Below are positions 1 to 12,838 of a stretch of DNA of 46,497 nt, one piece after another (the stretch's first letter is position 1; every line of letters begins with the position of its first letter). The position numbers and the translations under genes are program-made. The notes beneath the pieces were generated by a model that saw nothing but the letters and a program-made list of their open reading frames with translations, was not told where the DNA came from and ran no database searches. Origin of the DNA: Phoronis australis (Eukaryota; Animalia; Phoronida); contig NMRA01000119.1 in NCBI GenBank assembly GCA_002633005.1, positions 881,233-927,729 of the forward strand, given 5' to 3'.

Positions 1-496
1 CAACATTTTCTAATTTAAAGCTCCATAGCTTTTGCAATGACTTATCACGAGTAATCTGCTACTCATGTAACACACCTTACTTACAAGCACAACTTTTAAC
101 CCAACAGTGCAGCCATTCCAAATACAGAAACGTTCAACACCATCACTCTCAAATTCAAGATGTCTAAATGCAGGTTTTTAAAATGAATGTGAATTGCCTG
201 AGCAGTAAAACATCACTGAAAAAGCATACATGATTTTACGTAACACAGAAGCTTTATGGTGACCCTTGACAGCCAAAAGTATGTAAACACATATCTGTCT
301 CTCAATGACCCACCTGAAGACAAACCACAGACTACACATTTGGATGAGAAAATAGTTAAGAATCAAGAAAACTATCCAATGGTAATACAAGTTAAAACAG
401 GTAACACCAGTACCGGTTGTATCTTACTCACAATGTAGAAAGTGTCTCTGTAAACCAAATGTTCCATAAAGAAATTACTTGCACACAGTTAAGATT

Positions 497-715
497 CATG
501 GCTTGGAATGACCAATGACAAAAAAAGAGGAAAATTTTCCATGTGACGTATCGTTTCACAAATTAATACTAGGGTGTTTGATACAAAATTTTGGTATCAT
601 AAAAGACAAAATAATGATCAAAAAGAGACATAAAGAGGAAATTGGAAATGTAATAAGAGGAAATCGAAACCAAAAGAGAGTAAATCCTCTTAAAAAAGGA
701 ACATTTCAAGCCTTG
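497..715. mobile_element. MITE of the same CAGGGCTTGGAA family
   Basis: CATGGCTTGGAATGACCAATGACAAAAAA ... TTTCAAGCCTTG. The interior aligns by eye with 28449-28703. Confidence 0.6.
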
Positions 716-989
716 ACGGTTTCCAAATTGACACTACATAAACTACCCATGGCAATGTATGAAGGTCGACGGCCTGACTGAACATGATAACTTCTGCTGC
801 ATAACTGGATATATCATGACTATAAACCAAACTGCAGTACCAGATGATCCTCTGCAACAAAGTAGGGCACATGACTGAATTACACCCAGTGGCCATCTCA
901 TCTTAAATAATGTCCGTCAGGCAGCTTCTTTGATGCATTTACTTCTACTGATGGCAATCATTCGAAGACGGTAACATTGTCAGACAACA

Positions 990-3545
990 AGTGGGAGTCA
1001 TTTTGCTTTTATGCACATGGAGGCAGTGCATGTCTGACATGACTTGTAACCGGGTTTTCACAATCATCAGCTCATTGATACAGTCATAGCTCTTAGAAGC
1101 CTTCACCGGAATGGACAACCATCTCCTGTTCTTCTTGTTAAAGATAAGTTGCTCCCTTAAAAAGAATAATAAATGTTTCAATTTTATTGCCAGACACGAA
1201 AGCAGCAGCATTGATTTACCCTGAAACATGAAGAGTGTGAAACATATGAAACTCTAAGTTCGGGAGTGCCAATGTCTGACAGGCAAAATCCTGGCTAATA
1301 CTCTGCCCTGGCCCCCCTAACTCAAAATCCTGGATCTGCCCATGATTATGCACGTCTTTCAGTGTTTTAGAAACTTTTTCGAAGTGGTTTCAAACACTGG
1401 ATAACATCCTTTTTGTTATTCAAAATATAAAAATATACTACATATGGTTAATTAAGTGATTAGAGTGTCACACATTTAAAGAGAAAGCAATACACATATT
1501 AACAGCATTTGTCACAGGGTGGGTAAATTGTTCCCACCACATATTAGCGTGTAGCAGGTGGTTCATACACGATTTATAGAATAGGGCATTCAAAATGAGT
1601 TTTCCAATGAATGAGGGCATCCATGACCAATGACTCTTGACTAGTTCTATGACACCAAGTCAAATTGCTGTTATGGTGTAGAATGTTACTGTGGACTCAT
1701 AGGTCACCCAATGTTCAAAGCTGTGTCACTGCTATGCCTATCAGGATATGATAATTTTCAAGGCTTTCATAATTTTAAAGGGTAATGGTTTTGAAACCAA
1801 TCTTAATGAAAGTATCTCTCAACCTTTGTGAACACAAAACTAACACGTATTTTCATGTCTATTAGGTCAATGAAATGAAAATGCTACAATGACCTTAGGC
1901 AACAAGCAACCCCTTGGTTGATTGCTCGGTTAGATGCGGCATTCAGGGTTATGTAATTGCCGGTTGTGACCTTCAAAATGTGACTAATACCTGGAGATAG
2001 GCCACCTACACCTTTGTGCAAATACACACAATTGCATACACAAACCTTTTCCAAGTAAAATCTTGATTTTCTAAATGTGACCATGAATTCAAAGTCAAGG
2101 CTGTCAAAATTGCCTGGAGATGCCTCATCTAAACTTCAGCACAAAATACAAACAAAACTTCATTCTTGAGATATCATGTGACATAGGTATAGACAGATGG
2201 TCATGAATACTATGTCCCACGCTTTGTGCTAATGTGAGGCAGAGGACACTTAAAACATGTAAGTGTTCATAACTATGTTACAAAGACTTCACTTGTTGAT
2301 AAAGAGAAGGAAACATTGCGTGAATGAAAACACACACACACGCACACCCACACAGGGCATGAGCACACTCGGACATTTTTAATTCATATGTCACATTAGT
2401 TTTTGGTTATTTTAATCATCTCCCATACAAGGACAATCAAATTCATCTTTCTTAGAAACATTGCAGGTGGTCTTTTTGCCATAAGCTGCACTGGTGTAGC
2501 TTTGGGGACATAACAGGACGTGGCATGGCTTGTTCATTGCAGAAAAAACCTTCCCACGTCGTCTCATCTCAATTTTGTGTTTGACCCTTTGTTTCTAGCA
2601 GAATCATAAAGTATCACTCATTTTAGCACTACCCCACCAATGGCCACTTACAATTTAGTGNCTGATGTAGCTTTGGGGACATAACAGGACGTGGCATGGC
2701 TTGTTCATTGCAGAAAAAACCTTCCCACGTCGTCTCATTTCAATTTTGTGTTTGCCCCTTTGTTTCTAGCAGAATCAAAAAGTATCACTCATTTTAGCAC
2801 TACCCCACCAATGGCCACTTACAATTTAGTGTTAAACCCCTGTTGAATACTGAGTTGTTGCCACACAAGTAGCCAAAATGCATGTTTGACCCAGCTATAT
2901 TAATTACCTTGCACTGCCAGCTTCATCTTGACCTATCGCCTGGACTTTGAGTGACGGTTTATCTGACCATTTAGAACTCATCATTCTTGACACACCTTCG
3001 CTTCCAAGCTGCCATAATACCTGACAAACAACACGTTGCTGGATAAAACTTATTGTTTATTAGTCGACATTGACGCAAGGGGGCGGAGCTTGTGATAGGT
3101 TAATTCTGGTACACCGGTACACAAGGCTTTGAGAGTAGCAAAATGCTTGCCAGAGTACATAAGATTCAGCAGGTTGAAAATTCCCAACACATATCTTTTG
3201 TTCTACAGCATAACATCAAATCCATGTTAACGTGAGTTGGCAATTGGCTGCTCAGTGATATCTTCGAAAAAACAATACACTTTCTGATGCTGTTAACATT
3301 ACTGAATGCTATAATGTGCCATTATCCAAAGCTAGAATGGGTACCTGCTGTTGATGTAAGGCGATGCCTTCTTCAGCAATCTTGGGTTGTTTTGAATGCA
3401 TCATGGTCAGGTGACCCCTTCTCAATTCATTTGTCTTCATCAGCACCTTCTAGTAACTCGCTGCTATGCAAGTTGAAAGTGCTGGCAGTTGTCAGTGGAG
3501 CAGTCCACAAATGCTTGTCTGTCACAACTAGTGCAACGCCCTGAA
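990..3545 (-). pseudogene. Decayed DDE transposase exons (Kolobok/Mutator-like C-terminal half)
   Basis: Minus-strand remnants at ~3540-3330 (VTDKHLW...DK*IEKGSPDHDAF...PRLLKKASPYINSR) and ~1220-990 (FNKKNRRWLSIPVKASKSYDCINELM) resemble recalled motifs of this transposase family (W..KGS..H..L, RLLK...Y.N.R, K...W...PVK..K.Y..I.EL). They are broken by stops and frameshifts and lie downstream of, and on the same strand as, copy A. Confidence 0.4.
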
Positions 3546-3858
3546 GAACAACATATATAACATTAATACAAGCCACCAATTTGGGAATATCCATACTACC
3601 ACTAGCAAGGTATAATGACTATCAGCATGTACTGTATACAACCACAAGACTACACAGTTAGCCTTGCAGAGAGTATCAAAAGTAGGACTAACAGGTTAGA
3701 TGCCTAGACTGTCAGTCAACATAAACAACCACAAGACTAGTTAGTTGTGTAGGGCTGCTAGAGTATCAAGACTAGCACTAACAGGCTGTATAGACTGTCA
3801 GTCTCTATACACACTGCAAGATAACATGAATTCGCAAAAGAGAGGATTAAATGATTAN

Positions 3859-4836
3859 CAACCCTTACCTACCAGTCCACTTACTTTTACATGAAAAACG
3901 CTAGGGCTTCTTTTATTGTTCAAATTAATCCAAGACACAAGTGGACGAAACCAAGCCCGGAGGGCTAAACAACTAAAACAGTAAATAACGCAAAAATACT
4001 CAGTCAAAGACGCCAAGGATTTTACTAAAGGAATATTGTAATGTCGGTGTGCTCTACTGTGCACTGTTAGGCAGTAAAATAAATCTATCATAACATTCTG
4101 AAAACTAAGTAAGGTTAGTAAGGTTAGCATTGCAAGTGACGCCTCGGACATCCGTTGATGACTTACCTGATCGAGCAAAATCTTTCCTAACTGAGAGCGT
4201 GTACCAGCCATCTGGGATTGCAGATAAGTCCAGCACCCAAACTGATCTTCATTTCAAACTTTACGGCGATAATAGTCAACTCGAGGACGCTTAGCAAGCC
4301 TTTTCAACGGAGGACGACCTATCTTAGCCCGAACGCCAGCCATTACTTGCTTGGTATGCGTGAACTTGAATTTTGCTTGATCTGAAGATCGCGTATGCGG
4401 AGCTTACAGTTAAATACACAATAAAGAAATCTGGTGAATATTTTGTTCAATGTAGAGAATTTTTGTGATTATTGGTTCTAGAAGCAATTATTTCACTCGC
4501 TAGCAAATTATAGTAGCTTGAACGTGATTATTTGAGTGGGTATGCCGAGTTCACGTAGGCCCATATACGATCTTGAGATTAACCGAAACTCCAAGTTCAT
4601 ATTCGACACTCAAATCTTCGATTGACACTTCGTACGGCCTCCATTTATTTTTTGGTGCACCACAGAAAAGCAAAAAATTAAGCTAAAAAAATCTGTATTA
4701 AATTCAGTTCATTATGAAAAAATTCGATGTCATGGCAAAGATTATTATTTGGGCTTAGGTTTCGAATAAAAGTGTTTGCGTAAAGATCCGTTTCATGAAG
4801 TTTTTAACAAAAATGAAGCGGAAATAGTGCCTTTAA
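3859..4836 (-). mobile_element. Kolobok-like DNA transposon 5' end, copy A
   Basis: Near-identical to 11620-12838. On minus it starts TTAA|AGGCACTATTTCC (TTAA target plus RR terminus, typical of Kolobok). It contains exon 4343-4167, MAGVRAKIGRPPLKRLAKRPRVDYYRRKV*NEDQFGCWTYLQSQMAGTRSQLGKILLDQ, followed by a GTAAGT donor. The left edge is cut by a single-N join at 3858. Confidence 0.6.
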
Positions 4837-6163
4837 GAGTCTGGGACGTGTTACAGCTCCCCCGGGCCAACAAAGTATTTTGCAGCCGATTGTGAACCAG
4901 CGCCACCGTTAGACGACACTCTACACATGCGCACTCCTAACTTCCTAGGTTGATGGAGTGTTTGGGGACTTAGAACTGTGAACTGTGTGATAAATGTTAG
5001 GCCTATTTTTAGAAGAAGCAGTTCACGTGACAGCCAGAGTAAAACGGTAACATGTTGTATGGTAGAAGCATAAATTACCTTTAGGTATGGTGACGAAAAA
5101 AAGCGTCTGTGAGTTTAAATACGAGCAAAATTAATATATCTTGCTTGTTCAGTGACTGAGGTCTCGCGATCATATTTTGGTAATAGTCGGATACATGGGT
5201 CCCTGATTTGAGCACAAGTTAGGCCTACTGGCACTTTGAGTCACTGAATAACGCCTGTTATTCATTATATATTTGTGCCAATGTTACTAAAGCTGACTGC
5301 CAAATAACCGTGGTGATTTGATAAGGCAAGACTACACATGGCTGACATTTTATTTTGTGCATTTATTTTCGCTAAGTTAGTAAGTAGAACCAAATAAATG
5401 CAATAGCATTTTTGAGATCTATACCACTTCCAGACAATGATAGTTAAAAATTATAGGCATCCACAACAGTGTTAGAAGCCTTTGAATGTGAAAAAGATTA
5501 ATTTTGGCGATAATTGTTTTTGTTCGAAATTGGTGAGATTTTACTGTAAAACTTGACTGCAACATAATTCCAAAATGGTAGACGATGATGTGGATTCAAA
5601 ATTAAAGCACAAATAAATGTCAACTATGAGAATAGACTGAGGAAGAATGAGTGGAGAACACATGACTTATCATAACTCTAGTATGATTGTAAAGCAAACT
5701 TAGCTAAGGCTTTAGGGAGTAGGCCTATATGCTGGACACACTGTTATCACTGGTACTGTTTCTGTCCACAAAAAGGGCGAAAAATGAAATCAAACGTCGT
5801 AATTGTTCAGACTACTTGTAGCTTAAATGCTGTCTAATTAAAGTGCATTTAACAGTAATAGAGCGGAAGACTTAATGGTTTTCTGCCAACTCTGGATGGT
5901 CAATCACGACAATTTTATGTTACATGAACACATGTGCCACATTTAGCATGGGGAACAGATAGCTTATGAGCACATGTGCCATCTTAAGTGCTAAATAGCC
6001 AAAGAATTAGCATCTGTGACTGACTAACATTTTTTCTTCAGAAGTTCTGTCATTTCTTCTATGTTAAAAATATCACATTTGCATTGATTGTTTTGTTCTA
6101 ACCCTGTAGTAATGGTCACGTGAAGTTGCGGTGGCAATACAGAACAACGGATGTTCGGCTAGA

Positions 6164-7092
6164 ATGAGTGAGCCGCCTAGAAAGAAGTTGAAACAAACCA
6201 GTATTCTAGATCTGTTTGGAAGGAGAAAGGACAAGAGTGAGCCCAGTGACAGCATTATAAAGGTGGTGTCTGAAGAAGACGCGGGTAAATTGGTATTAGA
6301 ATGAAAGTACTTAATGGACTGTTACGATTATTTGATTTTGGGAATTTCTGGTGGTAAGCTCATGGGGACTTGTCAGAAAAAATGCCACATTTTGTAGTTT
6401 TCGTGCTCCGACATACCATTGGAAATTGAGATGTTAGTAAATTAAAAGCTGTAGGATATACAGTGGAGTCCGCTTAATGTCAGTATCAATGAAAAACAAG
6501 TGGGTTCTGATTTGGTTGTGATCATCATTACTCTCATAAGCTTATCATGCTAAGTGGAGAGCTTTAAATGTAAAACAGCTAAACAGAATTTTTACCCTGA
6601 TGTGGAGTTCCCGTGAATTGAAGACACATTAGGTAGGTTTTTGGCTTGAAAAACTTTAGTACATATGCTAGTTAGTGGGTGAGAATCTGTTTTGCTGATT
6701 TTTGGGTAATTTTACATGGCATTTGGGAGAAGATTATTTTTCGACATTTCATGACAATAACCTGGATGTTCTATAATCAATTAATCCGGTATGACATTTA
6801 GTGGACTCTTATTGTATAATAAATATGCTTTGTGTTTGAGTGTTAATATGACTGATCAGGTTAACGGAAAGATTTCTGTTTTTTTTAACAAATAGCGATA
6901 AACATGTTTTCATTGCTAGGAAGATTTTGATGGGAGTATAGTTTTGATTGCAATCCAGATTTCTTTTGCAGATAGGTCCCAGAATTCCCAGTTTTCGGAT
7001 GTTATTGTGATCAGCGATACTAGCTCTCAGGAGATGAGTGACGGTTATGATGAGCGCCGTGCTAAAACGGCTATGGCTGCTGAAATGAGGCG
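6164..7092 (+). CDS. First two coding exons of an unidentified protein with NLS, PIP-box, SIM and VIM motifs (possibly a gene fragment)
   Basis: Exon 6164-6284 encodes MSEPPRKKLKQTSILDLFGRRKDKSEPSDSIIKVVSEEDA and ends at a phase-1 GTAAAT donor. Exon 6972-7092 follows TTCTTTTGCAG, encodes DRSQNSQFSDVIVISDTSSQEMSDGYDERRAKTAMAAEMR(R) and ends at a GTAGGA donor. The phases match and the frame is open. A CACGTG E-box lies ~45 nt upstream. Confidence 0.55.
6461..6814. mobile_element. Tigger/pogo-like MITE in the intron of the PIP/SIM/VIM ORF
   Basis: TA|CAGTGGAGTCCGCTTAATGTC ... GACATTTAGTGGACTCTTATTG|TA: imperfect TIRs with TA TSD. Confidence 0.5.
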
Positions 7093-10000
7093 GTAGGAAT
7101 TGATATACCTTAGCTGTGAGAATTTGAATTTAAATGAAAATTGTTTATCAATATTCAGCACCGCATATATTGTCTTATGGTGATGGTGTATACCTGAACA
7201 CCATTAAAAAGGCAATGTGTAGCCTGAGCTATTTACTAGTTTCTTAACATACAGTTTTATTATGGTGTAAACTTTTGACTGCTTCGCTTCTAACTTAGGT
7301 TGATCATTGTTGTACATATCAAAAATTCGAAACATGGCTCAAAATGTGAAGAATGCTTTTAGTTATTGCCGCTTTATTTGCCTTTGTAATCGGAGAAACT
7401 ACTATTAGTTACAATAATCACTTTATTTTTACTGCAAAAGAATTTTTNCCCCCCCCCCTGAAATTCTCCTACATTTCATTTGGCAGTTCGGGGTGCGAAT
7501 TGTTGACTTGCATATGCGCGCAGCCAAGGGGGCTCGGGGGGTGGCAAATGCACAATGCATAGGCCTTGAACAAATCCCGTTTTTAGTAATAAGGTCCACA
7601 GACCCAAAAATTCGAGACCCCTATATCCCTACATCGTGCTCGTTCTTCTAAGATGACACGGGAGCACCTCCCGATGGCCGGAGAATCGACCGACCGAAAC
7701 GTCGTGACTGTGGAAATAGAAAAGAGGTCGGTGTAAATAGACCAAGAGATCTTAATAATAGTTGTTCACCAGTTACCTCAAAAACGCTGTTAGGAATTTT
7801 CGATTAGTCTCTTAGTTTGAAAAGTTTCAGAGAAATCCACCGAGCTTTTTTCGAAAACTCGTGTTCCTAAGTTTAAATTAAGTCGATTTGCTGAAGCCGA
7901 TAAAAAGTTGATTAAGTAGTGGGTGACGAAAGTGTAAAGGCCTTCGGTTAATTATTCGGTGAACACTTGTTTTCGGTCAATGCGCTAGGCGAGATCAGCT
8001 GACAAGCCAATTATCCTATTAGAATGCGTTGGGTGCACTCAATCGCCGCCTATGGTAAGCTACATGTACAGCTGGGCTCCGCAAGGAGAGTGTACTCACA
8101 CCAGGACACTGATGTTTTTCATTCAGAAATTGTGAAAGCCCCGTATGTTGTTTATATATGTGAGCATGCGCATTCCACAGTTTATTGTTTCCTGTACATT
8201 TCTCTTATTTACAACGTATGGCTGTGGTGAGTTGTTAGCGAGATATTTGAAAGTTTACACAAGTTTTATTATGGCTGGGGCCAAACATGGTAAGATGAAT
8301 GTTGACCAGTTTCTTGAGGAAGTGTTCATGGATTCAGAAAGTGAAAACGAGCTGGAATTGGCACTCGAAAGTGACGGTGACAACACCTCAACGGTTCCGG
8401 TTAAATGTGGTGAAAGGGTTATTGGCCAATTACAGTCGAAATCGTGCGGTACTTCGCCCTATTCAAAATGTTCCGACCCGTATGACCGAGCGTCACTTCA
8501 TCGAAATCAATCCGACAAAAACGAGTAGTGGTCGCTAGTAGTTCCCTGGTTGTGCCGTATGTTCAAAACGGATAGTGAATCGGCATCAGACTGAATATCG
8601 TTGCGAACAGTGTAGAATAGCTTGGTGCCCCCACCCGTGTTTCAAGTTGTTCTGCACCAAGGTGAACTTCAAAACAGACTGTAGCAAGCAACTGCACCAG
8701 TCATAAATTTGTAATCGTACAAAGTTGAGGTAAGTTATATACCGTATATTTTTGTTTGTATATGTGATGATACAGACAATAAATCTTCGTTATTAAAACA
8801 TGCAAGTCTCATGAATTCCCTTTTGAAACTGCTTATTATGGTTTTTGAGTGTCAGCTTCATTTCCTAGAATAACATGTACAGTAGTGTGTACCCTGCATG
8901 TCTCTTTTTATTTTATTTGTTGTGATAGTGTGGGTTGTGACCTACAACCACTTCAGCTAGGGACTGAGACTGATCCATATGTGACAGTGGAGGTAAAACC
9001 AGGAGAAATAGATAGGGAACTTCAGTCCCAAGACAGCACCAAAATACCCCTCCAACTCATTAAAGCTCCGTCGTCAAGAGAAGACAAAATAGCTATGCAT
9101 GTACTCAGGGTACCTGTAAATAAATGCTCTTCAATTAAGTTTACTTAACATTAACTGAGTGCAATCACTAATTGGNAGATACGAAATACGAAATACGAAT
9201 GAATGGAACTGGCGGGTAAAACGCTTTTAAATGTCAGTACCACGTGACAAGTTCACAATCAGGGGGGTACTTGAAAATGAGTACAACAGGAAACAATACC
9301 TAATATACACAGGCAATATGAATGATTGCGTCTGCAGTAACAGTACCTGTAAATAAATGCTCTTCAATTAAGTTTACTTAACATTAACTGAGTGCAATCA
9401 CTAATTGGTATTTCTTTTGGGTTTTGTTAGTGCCTGTTATAAATCACCCAGTGGATTTGATTTATTTTCTGTAGTTAATGGATTGAAGACAACAAAAAGT
9501 AAAACTACAGCTGTAAACAACAGTTTGCCTACCGGTGCGTGAAACTTAATTCTTTCTCAAGGAGTTACATGTATCATCACTCACAGAGAAGAGGATTAGA
9601 TGATGGCAAAAAATAAATGCAAAATGAAGTCTACGCTATGATGACAGGAAATGGTGGCAAACTCCCAAAGAATTATATCCTCTCTCACTAAGTCTTGATC
9701 AACTATAAAATCGTACTTTTGTTTGATTTTTATAACAGCAAATCAAAGTGGCAATCACAGGTGGTCATCTGGTTGTTTCCTAATCTTATATTTAAGTTTC
9801 TGTTGCAGGGAACACACCTAAAATCTGAAAAGCAACGTTTCTCTGAAAAAAGATGAAGTCTGAAGTTTCTAAAGAGCTTTCTATAAATAAAAACAATTTG
9901 GCTATGAGAAAATGTTCATTTCAATAATAAAAGTAACTGAACGGACTAAACAGAAAGTAAAGGTCACAATTCCAACTACTAAACACTTTATCAACAATGA

Positions 10001-11619
10001 ACAAAAAATTAATAATTTACAGGCAATATTTAAAAATCTTGTTGTTGAAGGAAAAAAAAGAATACTCCACTCTATATAAATGAAACGTGAACAAATTAAT
10101 CAGATTATTCAAGCGTAAAAATAAGTTTCTCCGTTATTCGGACGTAAAGTCATCTATATAGGCCAGATTCTTCTGCATTTATTTTTCATCAAACTTGTGC
10201 AGTATCATGATATTGTAATTTTGTCATAATTGTTCTTTTGTTTGGGTTTGTTTTGGTCTATTGGTCTGCCTGCCATCGCTCAAAAATCACTCGGACCCTG
10301 TGTTGGTGCCAGGAATGGCATGGTTTTCATGGTCTTGTTATCTCTTACTTTACCAAATTGTCTCTTTATTGAAGAACTGTTCACTTTGGATTTACTTTCA
10401 TGTTAGCACGGCAAAAGATTTCACATATGTTTCTGTCAACTTGCTTTGTTTTCTGTCGAGTAGCTTCTACAGAACTAATTCACGTGGCGGACATTAAAAT
10501 CCAAAGCGAGGCTCACTGCGATAAACAAAGCGGAAGTTGACATTGCGTGAGCTAAATGGGCGGTCTTTCGAGTCCAACCTGGATATTAAATCTTAAAAAT
10601 GTGTCAATAATTAACCACAGAGACGTGGGAAAATACATTAGAGAACAAGTCAATGCACCAAAAAGTTGTCTGACGAAAGGGTATCAGTTTTTTTCGGAAA
10701 ACTAGCTTCGAAACATGAAAAGTAAATATGACCAAATTGCGGCAATTCTAGTGTTACGGATTAGGTATTACCCTGAATGCAGGTTACGTTTCTTCTTGTA
10801 AATTGTTGACACAAATGCTTTCTACTTGAACCAGGTTATCTGTTTGTTTTGTTGACGAGTCGACAGTGGTGGCTCATCGTATTTTGCTGTCATGTGCAAT
10901 TAGTCACATCGGGTTTAAGTTGTTGATCAAGAATATTAACATCAAGCATAGCCTAGGTCGTGATGAGGTAGGGACTACAGGGACTAACAGTTGATTTGTC
11001 ATTGATCTGAAAGAATAAGTGACGTTATTAAATACATTTTATTGAAATAAAAAAACCAGGCTCGTAATTGAAAATGAGAATTATTTGACCATATCTTAAA
11101 TTTTGAAGAATAAAATTAAAAACAACCACAGCCCCAGAAATCGCTTTCGCATTATATCCAGGTTCCCATTCATTCTCTTGCAAACATTCTCAAGTAATTA
11201 TTTGACCATCAATTCTGCTGTCTTGGTTTTAATAAATCTTACTTCTATTTCATGTGTTAGTTCAAATATCAATCTGGACCAAGTCATGAAAACACAGCCT
11301 GGCTGGCCGAAGATTCTTTGCTATGATGTTCGGCAACCGAGATGCGACAAAATATGATCTAAATTTTCGAAAACATTTATAGATTCTACACGGACATATT
11401 TTCTATTGTAACTAACCGGTATACTAGTAAATACTGATCCTTGAGTAGACGTCATCAAAACGTGGCCAAATTTGCAAAGTCCTAAGGTTGGACATTTACT
11501 GAAAACATCTGCATTGCCCCAATAGTCCAATATTGATCACAGCCTAAGCCAGTGTTCTCAGGGAGATAAGTGTGTGACAATCCTAGGTTGCGAACCTGTG
11601 TACAACTGTTCGGTTTCAA

Positions 11620-12838
11620 CAGCCCTTACCTACCAGTCCACTTACTTTTACATGAAAAACGCTTGGGCTTCTTTGTTTGCTCAAATTAATCCAAGACACA
11701 AGTGGACGAAACCAAGCCCGGAGGGCTAAACAACTAAAACAGTAAAATAACGCAAAAATACTCAGTCAAAGACGCCAAGGATTTTACGAAAGGAATATTG
11801 TAATGTCAGTGTGCTCTACTGTGTACTGTTAGGCAGTAAAACAAATCTGCCATAACATTCTGAAAACTAAGCAAGGTTAGTAAGGTTAGCATTGCAAGTG
11901 ACGCCTCGGACATCCGTTGATAACTTACCTGTNCCAAGACACAAGTGGACGAAACCAAGCCCGGAGGGCTAAACAACTAACAGTAAATAACGAAAAATTA
12001 CTCAGTCAAACACGCCAAGGATTTTACTAAAGGAATATTGAAATGTCGGTGTGCTCTACTGTGCACTGTTAGGCAGTAAAATAAATCTACCATAACATTC
12101 TGAAAACCAAGTAAGGTTAGTAAGGTTAGCATTGCAAGTGACGCCTCGGACATCCGTTGATCACTTACCTGTTCGAGCAAAATCTTTCCTAACTGAGAGC
12201 GTGTAGCAGCCATCTGGGATTGCAGATAAGTCCAGCACCCAAACTGATCTTCATTTCAAACTTTACGGCGATAATAGTCACCTCGAGGACGCTTAGCAAG
12301 CCTTTTCAACGGAGGACGACCTATCTTAGCCCGAACGCCAGCCATTACTTGCTTGGTATGCGTGAACTTGAATTTTGCTTAATCTGAAGATCGCGTATGC
12401 GGAGCTTACAATTAAATACACAATAAAGAAATCTGGAGAATATTTTGTTCAATGTAGAGAATTTTTGTAATTAATGGTTCCAGAAGCAATTATTTCATCC
12501 GCTAGCAAATTATAGTAGCTTGAACGTGATTATTTGAGTGGGTATGCCGAGTTCACGTAGGCCCATATACGATCTTGAGATTAACCGAAACTCCAAGTTC
12601 ATATTCGACACTCGAATCTTCGATTGACACTTCGTACGGCCTCCATTTATTTTTTGGTGCACCACAGAAAAGCAAAAAATTAAGCTAAAAAAATCTGTAT
12701 TAAATTCAGTTCATTATGAAAAAATTCGATGTCATGGCGAAGATTGTTATTTGGGCTTAGGTTTCGAATAAAAGTGTTTGCGTAAAGATCCGTTTCATGA
12801 AGTTTTTAACAAAAATGAAGCGGAAATAGTGCCTTTAA
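11620..12838 (-). mobile_element. Kolobok-like DNA transposon 5' end, copy B
   Basis: Direct repeat of 3859-4836 with few substitutions. It ends at the same GAAATAGTGCCT|TTAA (TTAA at 12835-12838) and has the same exon at 12345-12169 with the same in-frame TGA. A ~240-bp internal duplication straddles the N at 11932. Confidence 0.6.

Noticed and set aside
7060-9000. Resemblance of EMRR-VGCDLQPLQ...TVEV to the start of the PARG catalytic region
   Set aside because: The similarity is too short, and no downstream PARG macrodomain exons (GGG-x6-8-QEE) were seen in the window.
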